In this document: piece by piece, positions 10,482 through 21,257 of the stretch | How the letters are laid out: every line of letters begins with the position of its first letter | Numbering within the stretch: position 1 is the first letter of the stretch | Source of the DNA: Acidimicrobiia bacterium | Lineage (GTDB): Bacteria > Actinomycetota > Acidimicrobiia > Spongiisociales > UBA11373 | Assembly (NCBI GenBank): GCA_040878325.1 | Contig: JBBDMM010000012.1 | Location: 62,001 to 126,000, forward strand | DNA length: 64,000 nucleotides | Direction of reading: 5' to 3' | Translations under genes and position numbers: made by a program | Notes under the pieces: model-generated | Told to the model about the DNA's origin: nothing | What the model saw: only the letters and a program-made list of their open reading frames with translations | Databases searched by the model: none

Positions 10482-10841
10482 CTAGAACACCCGCATCAGG
10501 GTGCGGATGACGGCGGTCGCGACGATCACGAGCGTGACGGCCGCCACGAGACGCATGGGAAGGTTGTTGCGGTCGGCCACCGCCCCGCCCCGCACCTCGG
10601 GGCTCAGGGCGAACTCGATCTCCGATGCGGTGAGCACTTCGATGGCGTCCTCGACGTCGGCCTCGGCGACCAGGATCTCGGTCACCGCCCACTCGCCGAT
10701 GGTCATTCGGTAGGGGCCGAGCGACTCGCCGTGGACCCGCGTGGCGATACCTGCCGACTCGAGCAGAGCCGCCGAGATCCGAGCCGACACCTCGTCACCG
10801 AACTTGGCGAGCGGGACCAGTCGCCCCGCGGAAGTGTCCAT
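10482..10841 (-). CDS. DUF2007-like (putative signal-transducing) membrane protein
   Basis: A..LLESAGI...EILV...A.EVL pattern plus a C-terminal TM helix; TACCCT 7 nt upstream of the ATG. Confidence 0.6.
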   Translation of the reverse strand: MDTSAGRLVPLAKFGDEVSARISAALLESAGIATRVHGESLGPYRMTIGEWAVTEILVAEADVEDAIEVLTASEIEFALSPEVRGGAVADRNNLPMRLVAAVTLVIVATAVIRTLMRVF

Positions 10842-10881
10842 GAACGGAAGGGTACCGATCCTCTGGCCCAAGGATCACTTG

Positions 10882-11550
10882 CTAAGCGGAGCTGATCTCT
10901 TCGTCGGTCAGCCGGCGGAATGCCCGCCGCCCCTGGGTCCGGTCGAGCACGGCGCCTTCCCAGCCGGCGGGAGCGATCTCCGTGACGGAGGCGCACGCCG
11001 CCTTGGCCCAGCCGAGGGCTTCCAACAGTGGGGCTCGGGGCCGGTAGGCGGCCTCGAGGCTTTCGACCAGAACCTCTGCCGACCCGCCGATCGCCGACAC
11101 CCGGTGCTCTTCGTGGAGCGTGCCGTCGTAGGTCACCCGGTAGATGCGGCTGGTCTCGTCGTCGTCGCCGATCTCCACCACCATGATCTCGACCTCGAAC
11201 GGCTTCACGTCTTGCGTGAAGACGTGCCCCAGGGTCTGGGCGTAGGCATTGGCGAGGCTCTTGGCGGTCACGTCGGTGCGCGAGTAGGAATACCCGGTGA
11301 GGTCCGCCCGCCGAATCCCACCGATCCGCAGCTGCTCGAACTCGGTGTACTTGCCGACCCCGGCGAAGGCGATCCGGTCGTAGACCTCGGAGATCTTCTG
11401 GAGCGTTCCGCTTGGATTCTCACCGAGGAGCAGTACGCCATCGACGAACTCGACGCCGACGATCGACTTGCCGCGGGCGATCCCCTTGCGGGCGTACTCA
11501 GCCCGGTCCTTCATCAACTGCTCGGGCGGCACGTAGAAGGGCATCGTCAT
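10882..11550 (-). CDS. prcA: 20S proteasome alpha subunit
   Basis: MPFYVPPEQLMKDRAEYARKGIARG, KISEVYDRI. Confidence 0.96.
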   Translation of the reverse strand: MTMPFYVPPEQLMKDRAEYARKGIARGKSIVGVEFVDGVLLLGENPSGTLQKISEVYDRIAFAGVGKYTEFEQLRIGGIRRADLTGYSYSRTDVTAKSLANAYAQTLGHVFTQDVKPFEVEIMVVEIGDDDETSRIYRVTYDGTLHEEHRVSAIGGSAEVLVESLEAAYRPRAPLLEALGWAKAACASVTEIAPAGWEGAVLDRTQGRRAFRRLTDEEISSA

Positions 11551-12341
11551 GGGCTGCGCTCCATCACGGTTCGCGCCATTTCCGCGACCATGGCATCCGG
11601 CAGTTCGGCATAACCCCGGGAGGACACGGTCACGATGTTGGGGTAGATCCCCCGTTTGAGGTCGGGTCCGCCTGTGGCGGTGTCCTCCTCGGCGACCGCC
11701 ACCAAGGCTTCGAGCGCCAGCTCGAGCGCCCCGGTCTCGGTGAGCCCATCGGTGAACTTGGTGCGGATGTAGAGGCGGGCATCTCGCCCGCCGGAGCCCG
11801 TGGCGGCGTAATCGGTCTCCTCGTATGAACCGCCCACGACGTCGTACGAGTAGAGACGGCCTTGTTCGAGCTGCTCGTCGAAGCCGCAGAAGAGGGGCAC
11901 GACTCCCAGCCCCTGAAACGCCATCGGAAGATGCCGGCGGACCATCGAGGCCAGGTGGTTGGCCTTTCCCGGGAGGCTGAGGCGCCGGCCCTCGATCTTT
12001 TCGTAGTGCTCGAGCTCGGTCTGGAACAGCCGCACCAACTCGATCGCGATACCGGCCGTTCCCGAGATTGCCACCGCCGAATACGAGTCGGCGGGATAGA
12101 CCTTCTGCACCCGGCGGTGGGCGACATAGTGGCCGGCGGTGGCCCGGCGGTCGCCGGCCATGATGACGCCGTCGTCATAGCGAAACGCCAGGACCGTGGT
12201 GCCTTCGGGTGCGTCGAGGACTCCGCTCGAGCCGTCGGTCTCCCACTTTGGATCGAGGCCTCGAGCCCTCAGCAGGGCCGCGAAGGAGCTTGCTGGAATT
12301 CCCGAGTCGAGCACCAGCCCGTCCCCACTCGACTCGGTCAC
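11547..12341 (-). CDS. prcB: 20S proteasome beta subunit
   Basis: Propeptide followed by G|TTVLA (catalytic Thr1), GDRRAT, GSG, DTATGG. Confidence 0.96.
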   Translation of the reverse strand: MTESSGDGLVLDSGIPASSFAALLRARGLDPKWETDGSSGVLDAPEGTTVLAFRYDDGVIMAGDRRATAGHYVAHRRVQKVYPADSYSAVAISGTAGIAIELVRLFQTELEHYEKIEGRRLSLPGKANHLASMVRRHLPMAFQGLGVVPLFCGFDEQLEQGRLYSYDVVGGSYEETDYAATGSGGRDARLYIRTKFTDGLTETGALELALEALVAVAEEDTATGGPDLKRGIYPNIVTVSSRGYAELPDAMVAEMARTVMERSP

Positions 12342-12532
12342 TGGCCGCCCTTCTGGACGTAGTTCTTGACGAACTCCTCAGCATTCTCTTCGAGGACCGA
12401 GTCGATCTCGTCGAGCAGGTCGTCGATCTTGCCGGTCAGCTCCTCGCCGACCTCCGTGGAGGCAGGTTCTTCCTGCTCGACCTCCTGGTCGGAGCCGTCA
12501 CGACGAGTCTGTTTCCGCTCCTGCTCGGCCAT
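12338..12532 (-). CDS. pup: Prokaryotic ubiquitin-like protein Pup (C-terminal GGQ)
   Basis: IDDLLDEIDSVLEENAEEFVKNYVQKGGQ. Confidence 0.97.
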   Translation of the reverse strand: MAEQERKQTRRDGSDQEVEQEEPASTEVGEELTGKIDDLLDEIDSVLEENAEEFVKNYVQKGGQ

Positions 12533-14012
12533 CTTCACCTCCGAGTGCGCGAACGAGGTCCGCGGGGGTGGGTGAGCTGTCGAGGAGGTCGGCCACCCGG
12601 TCCTTGCCCCCGCGAAGGGGTTCCATCATAGGCACCCGCTTGAGGGCGTCCTCGCCGACGTCGAAGATCAGCGAATCCCAGTTGGCGGCGACTATTGCGC
12701 TGCCGTAACGCTCCACGCAGGAGCCCCTGAAGTATGCCCGGGTGCGCTCGGGGGGCGCCACGGCGGCACGCTCGACCGCGGCGTCGGTGAACAGGCGCTT
12801 CATGCGCCCTGCGGCGACCAGGCGGTGATACAGGCCCCGGGTGCGGTCGACGTCGTGGTACTGCAGGTCGAGGAGTCGCAGCTTGGGCGTCCCCCAGGCG
12901 AGACGATCCCGATCGCGGTAACCCTCGATCAAAGCGAGCTTGGCCGTCCAGTCGAGCCGGTCGGCGGTCGAAGCGGGATCGCGCTCGAGGTCGGTGAGGA
13001 TGGCCTGCCAAGTCTCGATCACCTGCCGGCCGACGTCGTCGACGCCTTCGACTTCGGCGTACTTGGTGACCCAATCGAGATAGTGCCACTGGAGCTCGAG
13101 AGCGGTGGCCGAAGAGCCGTCACCCAACTCGAGCGCGGTGCGCAGGGTCGGGTCGTGGCTCACCCGCCATGCCGACTCGACGGGACGGGCCAGCTCCACC
13201 GGATCCCCCAGGGCACCCGCCTCGATCGCCGAAAGCACGAGAGCCGTCGCCCCGATCTTGAGAAAGGTCTGGGTCTCGCTGAGGTTGGCGTCACCGATGA
13301 TCACATGGAGGCGGCGATAGAGGCTCGGGTCGGCATGGGGCTCATCGCGGGTGTTGACGATCGGGCGCTTCAGAGTCGTCTCGAGCCCAACCTCCTCCTC
13401 GAAGAAGTCGGCGCGTTGCGTGATCTGGTAGTCGACGGCCGGTCGACCATTCTCGCTGCCCACCTTGCCCGAGCCGGTGTAGACCTGACGGGAGACAAAG
13501 AACGGAATCAGATGTCGGGTCAAGTCGGCGAAGGGCACGGAGCGATCGACGAGGTAGTTCTCGTGAGCGCCGTACGAGTTGCCTTTGCCATCGCTGTTGT
13601 TCTTGTGGATGTGCAACCGCTGGCCCTCGGGCAAGGTGCCATTTGCCGACCGCGCGGCGCGTTCCAAGACCACTTCACCCGACTTGTCGTATAGGGCGGC
13701 CTCGAGTGGGTCGTAGCACTCGGGGGTGGAGTACTCCGGGTGAGCGTGGTCCACATACAGCCGGGCTCCATTGGTGAGTACCACGTTGACCAATCCGGTC
13801 TCGAATTCGCCGGTGGGTGCAGGGTCGTACCCAAATCCGCGGGCGTCCCTTCCCGGAGACTCCTCTTCGTACGACCATTGGATCCTTGTCGAAGTTCCGG
13901 CATACGAGTTGATCACCAGGCTCGAGCCGACCACAGGGTTGAAATCCGGCTGGTTCCGAATGGTGATGCCGAATTCGGTCTCAGTGCCTACGACCTTGTG
14001 AACCCCACTCAC
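12498..14012 (-). CDS. dop: Depupylase/deamidase Dop
   Basis: [36 protein letters not shown] overlaps the arc stop. Confidence 0.95.
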   Translation of the reverse strand: MSGVHKVVGTETEFGITIRNQPDFNPVVGSSLVINSYAGTSTRIQWSYEEESPGRDARGFGYDPAPTGEFETGLVNVVLTNGARLYVDHAHPEYSTPECYDPLEAALYDKSGEVVLERAARSANGTLPEGQRLHIHKNNSDGKGNSYGAHENYLVDRSVPFADLTRHLIPFFVSRQVYTGSGKVGSENGRPAVDYQITQRADFFEEEVGLETTLKRPIVNTRDEPHADPSLYRRLHVIIGDANLSETQTFLKIGATALVLSAIEAGALGDPVELARPVESAWRVSHDPTLRTALELGDGSSATALELQWHYLDWVTKYAEVEGVDDVGRQVIETWQAILTDLERDPASTADRLDWTAKLALIEGYRDRDRLAWGTPKLRLLDLQYHDVDRTRGLYHRLVAAGRMKRLFTDAAVERAAVAPPERTRAYFRGSCVERYGSAIVAANWDSLIFDVGEDALKRVPMMEPLRGGKDRVADLLDSSPTPADLVRALGGEDGRAGAETDSS

Positions 14013-15724
14013 AGGTACTGGCCAGTGGTGATCCCCTCGATGCTGCGGCCCTCGGCCTCGCCTTCGATGAGGGTCCGCACATAGACGATCCGTTCGCCCT
14101 TCTTCCCGGAGATCCGCGCCCAATCGTCGGGATTGGTGGTGTTCGGCAGGTCCTCGTGCTCCCGGAACTCCTGTTTGATGGCGGCGATCAGGTCGGTGGT
14201 GCGCACGCCACGCACCCCGGTCTCGATCTCTCGCTTGATGGCTTCCTTCTTCGCCCTACGCACCACGTTCTCCACCATCGCACCGGAGGAGAAGTCCTTG
14301 AAGTACAGGACTTCCTTGTCGCCGTTGGCGTAGGTGACCTCGAGAAAGCGGTTGGCATCCGAAGTCGAGTACATGTCGGCGACGACCGACTCGATCATCG
14401 ACTCGACCATCACGTCGACCTCTCCGCCCGAGCGGGCGAGCTCGTCGGCATCGAGCGGGGTTCCGGTGCCCAGGTATATGCGGAATATGTCGCGAGCGGC
14501 CTCCTGATTGGGACGTTCGATCTTGATCTTCACGTCGAGCCGCCCCGGGCGAAGGATTGCCGGGTCGATCAGGTCTTCACGGTTCGATGCCCCGATCACG
14601 ATCACGTTCTTGAGCGTCTCGACGCCGTCGAGCTCCGAGAGAAGCTGTGGAACGATCGTCGATTCCACGTCGGACGAGATCCCGCTCCCCCGGGTGCGGA
14701 AAAGCGAATCCATTTCGTCGAAGAAGACGATCACGGGGACGCCTTCCTCGGACTTCTCCTTCGCCCGGGCGAAGATGAGCCGGATCTGCCGTTCGGTCTC
14801 ACCTACGTACTTGTTGAGTAGCTCAGGGCCTTTGATGTTGAGAAAGTACGAGCGAGCATCCTGCTGGCCGGTCTTGGCGGCGACCGCGTGGGCCAGCGAG
14901 TTGGCGACCGCTTTGGCGATCAGCGTCTTGCCGCAGCCCGGAGGCCCGTAGAGGAGCACGCCCTTGGGGGCCGCCAGGCCGTAGTCGTCGAACAGCGCCT
15001 TGTGCACGTAGGGGAGCTCTACCGCGTCTCTGATCGATTCGATCTGCTCGCGCAACCCGCCAATGTTCTCGTAGGAGACGTTGGGGACCTCTTCGAGCAC
15101 GAGCTCCTCGACCTCGGGCCGGATCAACCGTTCGTGGAGCAAACCGGTCCGGCCGTCGAGCCTCACATGGTCGCCGACCCGCATGAAAGCGTCCTTCATG
15201 GGACCCGCCACTTCGACCACGCGCTCCTCGTCGGCGCGTGCGAGCACGATGACCCGCCCGTCACCCAGGATCTCCTTGATGCGGACAACCTCCCCGGTCT
15301 GCTCGAACGACCGAACGTCGATGACGTTCATAGCCTCATTGAGCAGCACTTCCTGGCCGGGCTCGAGTTCCTTGATCTCGATGCTCGGCTCGACGCTGAC
15401 CCGAAGCTTGCGGCCGCCGGTCATCACGTCGAGGGTGCCATCGCTATTGATCCCCTGCACCACCCCGAAGGGGTTAGGCGGTGCGGTCAGCTTCTCGACT
15501 TCCTCGCGCAGGATGGCCAACTGTTCGCGAGTTTCCTCGAGGGCAATCGAGAGTTTCTCGTTCTGCGACATCGCCTGGCTCACGCGACCCTTGGCCTCGA
15601 GGAGGCGCTCCTCGAGGACCCGAACCCGGCGGGGGGCATCCTGGAGACGTCGGCGGAGGATGGCGATCTCCTCCTCCAGCATCTTGATGGTGCCGCGGAG
15701 CTCGTCGGCCGTCGGCTCGCTCAT
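14009..15724 (-). CDS. arc: Proteasome ATPase ARC/Mpa
   Basis: N-terminal coiled coil, [21 protein letters not shown]-terminal GQYL; real start is MSEPTADE. Confidence 0.96.
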   Translation of the reverse strand: MSEPTADELRGTIKMLEEEIAILRRRLQDAPRRVRVLEERLLEAKGRVSQAMSQNEKLSIALEETREQLAILREEVEKLTAPPNPFGVVQGINSDGTLDVMTGGRKLRVSVEPSIEIKELEPGQEVLLNEAMNVIDVRSFEQTGEVVRIKEILGDGRVIVLARADEERVVEVAGPMKDAFMRVGDHVRLDGRTGLLHERLIRPEVEELVLEEVPNVSYENIGGLREQIESIRDAVELPYVHKALFDDYGLAAPKGVLLYGPPGCGKTLIAKAVANSLAHAVAAKTGQQDARSYFLNIKGPELLNKYVGETERQIRLIFARAKEKSEEGVPVIVFFDEMDSLFRTRGSGISSDVESTIVPQLLSELDGVETLKNVIVIGASNREDLIDPAILRPGRLDVKIKIERPNQEAARDIFRIYLGTGTPLDADELARSGGEVDVMVESMIESVVADMYSTSDANRFLEVTYANGDKEVLYFKDFSSGAMVENVVRRAKKEAIKREIETGVRGVRTTDLIAAIKQEFREHEDLPNTTNPDDWARISGKKGERIVYVRTLIEGEAEGRSIEGITTGQYL

Positions 15725-15932
15725 GCCCGTTCGTCTCCCTGGCCGGCACCAGCCGGCCCCTGACGACCACGGACCGGGGATACCCGGTCCTCGGGCCGAG
15801 TATACGACGGACCGTCCCGTGGGCCGCATCACCGTCTTCGGTGGCGTAGATGCGGGAGTTCGACGCTTTCCGGGGCCGACCGGTAGCGGCCGCCGCGGTA
15901 GGATCGCCGCCATCTGGCCTGGAGCGCTCACC

Positions 15933-16178
15933 ATGAAGGTTTGGATCGACCAGGATCTCTGCACCGGCGACGGGCTGTGCGAGGAGATCGCTCCCGACGT
16001 GTTCGTGCTTCTCGATGATGGGCTGGCGTACGTGCGCGAACGCGACAAGGTCTTCGCGTCTGCCAAAGGCAACCCCCAGGGGGCGCAGGGTGTCGCCCAG
16101 GTCCCGGCGGGCCAGGAACAGATCACCATCGAAGCTGCCGAGGAATGCCCCGGCGAGTGCATTTTCATGGCGCCTTGA
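15933..16178 (+). CDS. Ferredoxin ([3Fe-4S]/[4Fe-4S] single cluster)
   Basis: CTGDGLC...[15 protein letters not shown]. Confidence 0.9.
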   Translation: MKVWIDQDLCTGDGLCEEIAPDVFVLLDDGLAYVRERDKVFASAKGNPQGAQGVAQVPAGQEQITIEAAEECPGECIFMAP

Positions 16179-16244
16179 CGGCGCGCTCGGCAGGCATCGC
16201 CGCAGCGGGTCGAGACCGAGCCGGGTCGAGCGGCCGACCGGCGA

Positions 16245-17045
16245 CTACAGGCTCTCGGCCGCCAGGAACTCGCTCAGCATCGCCACGGTTAGGAAGCCGG
16301 TGTGTCCCACCATCTGGCTCTTGGGCCGCACCGAGCGGCCGTCGATCTGCCAGTCCCGGTGCATCACCTCGAACGACTCGATTCCCACGAACCGCCGGCT
16401 CACGTGCAGTTCGTCATGAAGCTTCTGCACCTGGGGAACGGTCGGGAGATAGGCGCAGAAGATTCCCCCGGCTCTGAGGGTGGCCACCGCGGGCTCGACC
16501 ACCGACCAGGGCTCCGGCAGATCGAGCACCACGCGATCGGGCCGGTGGTGCGCTAGGACATCCTCTACCAGGCCCTCGACCAACAGGAGATTGTCGGGTA
16601 TCCCGCCGAGGAACCGGCCGATCGTCTTGCGGGCGTGATCGAGGTGGTCGGCGCGGCGCTCGACGCTCACCACCGTGCCTCCCGGGCCGACCGCCCGCAA
16701 CAGCGCCATCGCCAGGGCGCCCGACCCGGTGCCCGCCTCGACCACCAACTGGCCGGGGGTGACGTCGGCCCAGTGGACGATTGGCCCCAGATCCTTCGGG
16801 TACACCACCTGAGCGCCCCGATCCATCTTGAGGACATAGTCGGCAAGACGGGGCCGCAGTGCCACGATCCGGGCTCCGGTGGCCGTCCGCACCACCGCAC
16901 CTGGCCCCGACCCGATGAGGCTGTCGTGAGGTACCACTCCGGCGTGGAACTGGAACGAGCCCCCGATCCGAAGATCGACGAGGTATCGCCGGCCCCGCCC
17001 GTCGATCAACAGGCACATGTCCCCGACGCGAAACGCTTCGCTCAA
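16245..17045 (-). CDS. trmI: tRNA (adenine58-N1)-methyltransferase
   Basis: [31 protein letters not shown]. Confidence 0.93.
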   Translation of the reverse strand: MSEAFRVGDMCLLIDGRGRRYLVDLRIGGSFQFHAGVVPHDSLIGSGPGAVVRTATGARIVALRPRLADYVLKMDRGAQVVYPKDLGPIVHWADVTPGQLVVEAGTGSGALAMALLRAVGPGGTVVSVERRADHLDHARKTIGRFLGGIPDNLLLVEGLVEDVLAHHRPDRVVLDLPEPWSVVEPAVATLRAGGIFCAYLPTVPQVQKLHDELHVSRRFVGIESFEVMHRDWQIDGRSVRPKSQMVGHTGFLTVAMLSEFLAAESL

Positions 17046-17146
17046 TTGCCGAGCAGTGCCAGGAACGGCAGGACAAGAGCGAGGATCATCGCGGTCGACA
17101 CCACGATCACCATCACCTTGACCATCCGGTCGCGATTGCGAAACAT
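17042..17146 (-). CDS. 34-aa single-pass membrane peptide ([34 protein letters not shown])
   Basis: TAGAGT 6 nt before the ATG; its stop overlaps the trmI TTG start. Confidence 0.6.
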   Translation of the reverse strand: MFRNRDRMVKVMVIVVSTAMILALVLPFLALLGN

Positions 17147-17220
17147 GTGGTGACTCTAGGAAACCGCAGATCGAACCCCGCCGGGGCCGAACCGCCCGGC
17201 CACCCCCTTAGACTCGGTTC

Positions 17221-17436
17221 ATGGATCTGATCGGTTTCGGCGCTCGACGGGCCCTAGGGGGCATTCGAGGAGGCGATCCGCGCTGGGCCGTCCTCGGGAC
17301 GCTGGCGGTGGTGATCGGGCTGCTCCGCAGACTCAACCAGCCCAAGCGGAAGTTGATCTACTCACAGGACTTGAAGCCGGGGCAAGCCGTGAGTGTCCAG
17401 TTGGCCGGCTCGACGGGCAATCAGGAGAGTCGATAG
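17221..17436 (+). CDS. Small hypothetical membrane protein
   Basis: TAGACT 6 nt before the ATG; one hydrophobic helix. Confidence 0.6.
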   Translation: MDLIGFGARRALGGIRGGDPRWAVLGTLAVVIGLLRRLNQPKRKLIYSQDLKPGQAVSVQLAGSTGNQESR

Positions 17437-17618
17437 ACCTCGACGCGGGCCGAGCCCTTCTTGCCCCGGCGCCGTCCCACCAGGTAGATGACCAGCAACA
17501 GGGCGGCGACCCCCACCCCGGCGATCACGCCGACGTTCTTGGCCCCCTGGGCGGTGTCGTCGACGACACCCTGAATCTCCCGGAGCTTGTCTTCGAGATC
17601 GGAACGCTGCACGCTCAT
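17421..17618 (-). CDS. Small tail-anchored protein
   Basis: MSVQRSDLEDKLREIQ..., TM helix followed by GRRRGKK; ATGA coupling to the upstream gene. Confidence 0.7.
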   Translation of the reverse strand: MSVQRSDLEDKLREIQGVVDDTAQGAKNVGVIAGVGVAALLLVIYLVGRRRGKKGSARVEVYRLS

Positions 17619-17908
17619 CGGGTGGCCCTCCACATCACGAGACCAGTCACCGCCAGCAACCCTAGGGAGGCCAGGATGTACCCCAGGCCGCTCCAGATCA
17701 CTCCGTCGGGCATCGCCACCAGGATCAAACGCATCCCCGCCACGGCCAGGACAGCCCCCGCGAGGACGAACACGATCGACGCGGCGAGGCTGAGCGCGGC
17801 GAGGCGTCCGAGCGCCTTGGCGGCGCCAACGGTGTTCTCCCAGAGGTACTGCTTGGCGAGCGCGATGAACTCGCCGACCATGTCGGGAAGCTCACGAGGC
17901 GATGCCAT
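17615..17908 (-). CDS. Two-TM phage-holin-like (YqjE/holin_3_6-like) membrane protein
   Basis: Amphipathic N-terminus plus two TM segments; coupled to its neighbours. Confidence 0.55.
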   Translation of the reverse strand: MASPRELPDMVGEFIALAKQYLWENTVGAAKALGRLAALSLAASIVFVLAGAVLAVAGMRLILVAMPDGVIWSGLGYILASLGLLAVTGLVMWRATR

Positions 17909-18472
17909 CTAGTCGCTCCTTCCGAGGACCGCCCGTAGGAGAACGGTTTCTCGCTCCAGCACCATGATCTCTCGCTCGAGGCGCTCGCAGGCGTCCCCGG
18001 CCTCGAGGATGTCCTGCACCTCCGGCCACGAGATATCCAGGTAGGAGGCTACCTGATGCGAGGCGACCACCGGATCTGGCCCGATCGCGAGGTGGATGTC
18101 GCCACCGTGGCCCGACTCGGCCCGCGCCGCCATGTACCGGCGAAGCGACCTCTCAGCCGAGACGACCAGATCCTGACAAGGCGTCGGCTGCACCCGGTCG
18201 ACCGGTTCGACGGCGGCCCGATCGCCGGTCCGGGCGATCGACACCAGGGTCTCCCCGATCACATCGATGGTCACCAAGTCATCGGCGTCGTCGGCGAGGC
18301 GCTCGATGCGAGCCCGGGTTCCAACCCGGCCGAGCGTGCCGTCGGGGTGGATGAGGACGACCGCCACCCGCTGTCCGACGCCCAAGCCCTCACACGTGGT
18401 TCGCACCGCATGCCGTGTGCCGGGAATCACCACTCGCCGGAACGGGACGAGCGGGAGGGACTCCACCGTCAA
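17909..18472 (-). CDS. Lon N-terminal substrate-binding-domain-like protein
   Basis: LPLVPF..VVIPG, VGTRARI, QDILEA....ERL; TTG overlaps the ppa stop. Confidence 0.6.
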   Translation of the reverse strand: MTVESLPLVPFRRVVIPGTRHAVRTTCEGLGVGQRVAVVLIHPDGTLGRVGTRARIERLADDADDLVTIDVIGETLVSIARTGDRAAVEPVDRVQPTPCQDLVVSAERSLRRYMAARAESGHGGDIHLAIGPDPVVASHQVASYLDISWPEVQDILEAGDACERLEREIMVLERETVLLRAVLGRSD

Positions 18473-18951
18473 TCCTCCTCTTCCAGCACCGCTCCGGCGG
18501 CCCGGAGAACGGCCAGCGCCTCGGCCGCTCCCTTCCAGCCCTTCGCCGCCGTCTTCATGTCCTCGAGGTCCTTGTACACGCTGAAGAAATGCTCGAACTC
18601 CCGCAACAGGTGAGGCGGCAGGCCATCGAGATCCCGCACCGCGCCCCACAGCGGGTCCCGGGCGGGGACCCCCAGAACCTTGTGGTCGGGCAGCCCTTGG
18701 TCCTCCATGAGGAAGAGCCCGATGGGACGGATCCGGATGCGGCACCCGGTGAACGTGGGCTCCGTGACGACGGCCATCGCATCCAATGGGTCCCCATCCT
18801 CGGCGACGGTGTCCGGGACGAACCCATAGTCGGCGGGGTAACGCGTGGCGGTGAAGAGCATTCGGTCGAGGTAGACGTGGCCGGTCGCCGGGTCGGTCTC
18901 GTACTTGTTGCGGCTGCCCCGAGGGATCTCGACGACCATGGTGACCAGCAT
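18469..18951 (-). CDS. ppa: Inorganic pyrophosphatase (family I)
   Basis: EIPRGSRNKYE, YPADYG, DGDPLDA, DHK, YKDLE. Confidence 0.95.
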   Translation of the reverse strand: MLVTMVVEIPRGSRNKYETDPATGHVYLDRMLFTATRYPADYGFVPDTVAEDGDPLDAMAVVTEPTFTGCRIRIRPIGLFLMEDQGLPDHKVLGVPARDPLWGAVRDLDGLPPHLLREFEHFFSVYKDLEDMKTAAKGWKGAAEALAVLRAAGAVLEEED

Positions 18952-19036
18952 CGTCGGAACGCTAACCGGGAATTGGTGATGCACGCCGATGGCTCGCCGG
19001 GGCCGCCGGAGGCCGGGGTGGTTATCGTCCTGCGCC

Positions 19037-20257
19037 ATGGCTCGCGGTCCGGCTGACCCCCGACGCAACCTCTGGCCGCTCGTCGGCGGCCAGTCGATCT
19101 CGCTGTTCGGCGACTACCTGGCCTTCTTCTTTGCTCTCCCCATTTTCGTGCGCGACACGACGGGTTCGGCCACGCAACTCGGGCTGCTTGGGCTCTTCGA
19201 AACCGTGGCGGTGCTGGGGTTCGGTTTTCTCGCGGGGGTTCTGCTCGACCGGGTGCCAACCCGGCGGGCCTTGATCCTCGCCGACCTCGCCCGGATGATC
19301 GCTCTCGCATTGCTGGCGGTGGCGGTGGCGGCCGACGCCGGGGAGACATGGATGGCATTTGCGGTGGCGTTCATCGTCGGCTCGATGGGGACCATCTTCG
19401 ACTCGGGACTCGAGACCTATATCCCGGTGGTCCTCGACGACGACCAGCTGGTCAAGGCGAACACCGCGCTGTCGATGGGGCGGAACCTCGCCCAGACGCT
19501 CGGGTTCGCAGTCGGGGGCGCGGTGATCGCGGTGACGGGTGGGGTGGCCGGCGCATTCGCGCTCGATGCGCTCTCGTACGGGATCTCGATCATCGCCATC
19601 CTTATGCTCCGGGAGGTGAGGCCGAGGGTCGTGTCCGACGCCGAGCCGGTCTGGGCGGCGCTGCGGTCGGGCCTCACCACCCTGTGGCGCCTTACTCCCG
19701 TCCGCTGGGCCACGGCGGCCGCGGCATTGGCCAACCTGGCCTTTGCCCCGCTCGCGGCAGTGATGACCCTTTACGCCGAGCAGGATCTCGGCATCGAGTC
19801 GGACCGGGCGCTGGGACTGTTCTTCGCCGGTTTCTCGATGATCGGTCTCCTCGGGGTTTCCCTCGCCCCCCGGATCGCAGCCCGGGTCGGGCTGGGACGT
19901 ACCGTCATCGTCGGCGGTCTGGTGTTTGGGGCGGGCGCCACCGGGGCGGGACTCGCCGAAGGCTCATGGGCCGTCGTCCCGTTCGGCATCGCCATGGCCG
20001 GGGTGTCGATCAACCAGGTGGCCTTTGTCACGCTCCGACAGCGATTGACCCCTCCCCCGCTGCTAGGCCGGGTGATTGCCGCGTCTCGCACGATCGCCTG
20101 GGGTGGGATTCCGGTGGGGCTGATGATCGGCACCCCGATCGGCGACCTCATCGGCCTCCGGCCGCTGTTCATCGGCAGTGGCATCTTGATCGCGGCCGTT
20201 GCGGCCCTGATGACTCTGGGGCCGCTCTGGCGGGCAGAGGCGCGGCTCACCGGCTAG
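19037..20257 (+). CDS. MFS transporter (MFS_3/EntS-like)
   Basis: About 12 TM segments, GVLLDR motif, RQRLTP..LLGRV. Confidence 0.88.
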   Translation: MARGPADPRRNLWPLVGGQSISLFGDYLAFFFALPIFVRDTTGSATQLGLLGLFETVAVLGFGFLAGVLLDRVPTRRALILADLARMIALALLAVAVAADAGETWMAFAVAFIVGSMGTIFDSGLETYIPVVLDDDQLVKANTALSMGRNLAQTLGFAVGGAVIAVTGGVAGAFALDALSYGISIIAILMLREVRPRVVSDAEPVWAALRSGLTTLWRLTPVRWATAAAALANLAFAPLAAVMTLYAEQDLGIESDRALGLFFAGFSMIGLLGVSLAPRIAARVGLGRTVIVGGLVFGAGATGAGLAEGSWAVVPFGIAMAGVSINQVAFVTLRQRLTPPPLLGRVIAASRTIAWGGIPVGLMIGTPIGDLIGLRPLFIGSGILIAAVAALMTLGPLWRAEARLTG

Positions 20258-20320
20258 CCGCCGGGGGGGCTCGCGTCGGCTGCAACAATCTGGCCCGGTC
20301 CGGGGTTATTGGGGGCACAG

Positions 20321-21235
20321 ATGGCCGGTCGATTCATCACCACGGCGCCGGGTACCCGCACGGAGGCCTTCGGGCCGCTCGAGTGGGCGCTGCTGGCATC
20401 AACTTCGCTGATGTGGGGCTCGTCTTTCCTCTGGATCGCCGAAGGGCTCGAGGCGTTCCCTCCCGCCGTCGTCACCCTGGCTCGCCTCGCCCTCGGCGCG
20501 CTGACCCTTGCCTTCATCCCCGCCACGCGGCGGCCGGTCGATCGTGCCGACCTGCCCCGAGTCGCCCTGCTCGGACTCGTGTGGATGGCAATCCCCCTAA
20601 CCCTGTTCCCCATCGCCCAGCAGTCCGTGGACTCGTCCATCGCCGGCATGGTCAATGGGGGCACCCCTTTGTTCGCCGCTCTGGTGGCGACGATTCTGCT
20701 TCGCCGGAAGCCCGGACCGGCCCAGTTGGCGGGAATCCTCGTTGGCTTCGGCGGGGTGATCCTCATCACCGTGCCCTCGGCATCAGGTGACGGGGGGAGC
20801 ATCTCGGGAATGTTGTTGATCATCCTGGCAACCGCGATGTATGGGCTGGCGGTGAACTTGTCGGTGCCGCTTGCCCAGCGATACGGGTCGTTGCCGGTGC
20901 TCCTCCGTGCCCAACTGGTGGCGCTGGTCGCGGTCACGCCCTTGGGGGTGATTGGCCTCGGCGACGCCACCTGGTCGTGGAGCGCTGCCGGCGCAATGGT
21001 CGTCCTGGGGGCTCTCAGCACGGGTCTGGCGTTCGTCGCCATGACCGAGCTGGCTAAGCGGGTGGGAGGAACCCGAGCATCCATCGGGATCTACTTCATC
21101 CCGATGGTGGCGACCATCCTCGGGATCATGTTCCGGGCAGAGCGACCCGCGGGCCTGGCGTTCGTCGGGATGGGACTCGTCATCGTCGGGGCATGGCTCA
21201 GCAGCAGGCGGGAGGCCGCGTCAGGTAGCAGGTAG
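20321..21235 (+). CDS. DMT/EamA family transporter
   Basis: WGSSF, R.ALGA, 10 TM segments in two repeats. Confidence 0.88.
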   Translation: MAGRFITTAPGTRTEAFGPLEWALLASTSLMWGSSFLWIAEGLEAFPPAVVTLARLALGALTLAFIPATRRPVDRADLPRVALLGLVWMAIPLTLFPIAQQSVDSSIAGMVNGGTPLFAALVATILLRRKPGPAQLAGILVGFGGVILITVPSASGDGGSISGMLLIILATAMYGLAVNLSVPLAQRYGSLPVLLRAQLVALVAVTPLGVIGLGDATWSWSAAGAMVVLGALSTGLAFVAMTELAKRVGGTRASIGIYFIPMVATILGIMFRAERPAGLAFVGMGLVIVGAWLSSRREAASGSR

Positions 21236-21249
21236 CAGGTGGCAAGTGG
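21222..21249 (+). repeat. Heptamer tandem repeat (caggtag x2, caggtgg, caagtgg)
   Basis: Four 7-mers spanning the EamA stop codon. Confidence 0.6.
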
Positions 21250-21257
21250 CTTGACCG

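Noticed and set aside
14009..16168. 719-aa N-terminally extended ARC
   Set aside because: The extension overlaps the ferredoxin antisense; the credible start is ATG 15724.
9030..17045. Pup-proteasome locus as a novel system
   Set aside because: Canonical actinobacterial gene set and order.
17615..17908. Prophage suggested by the holin-like gene
   Set aside because: No other phage genes; this membrane-protein type is a common chromosomal gene.
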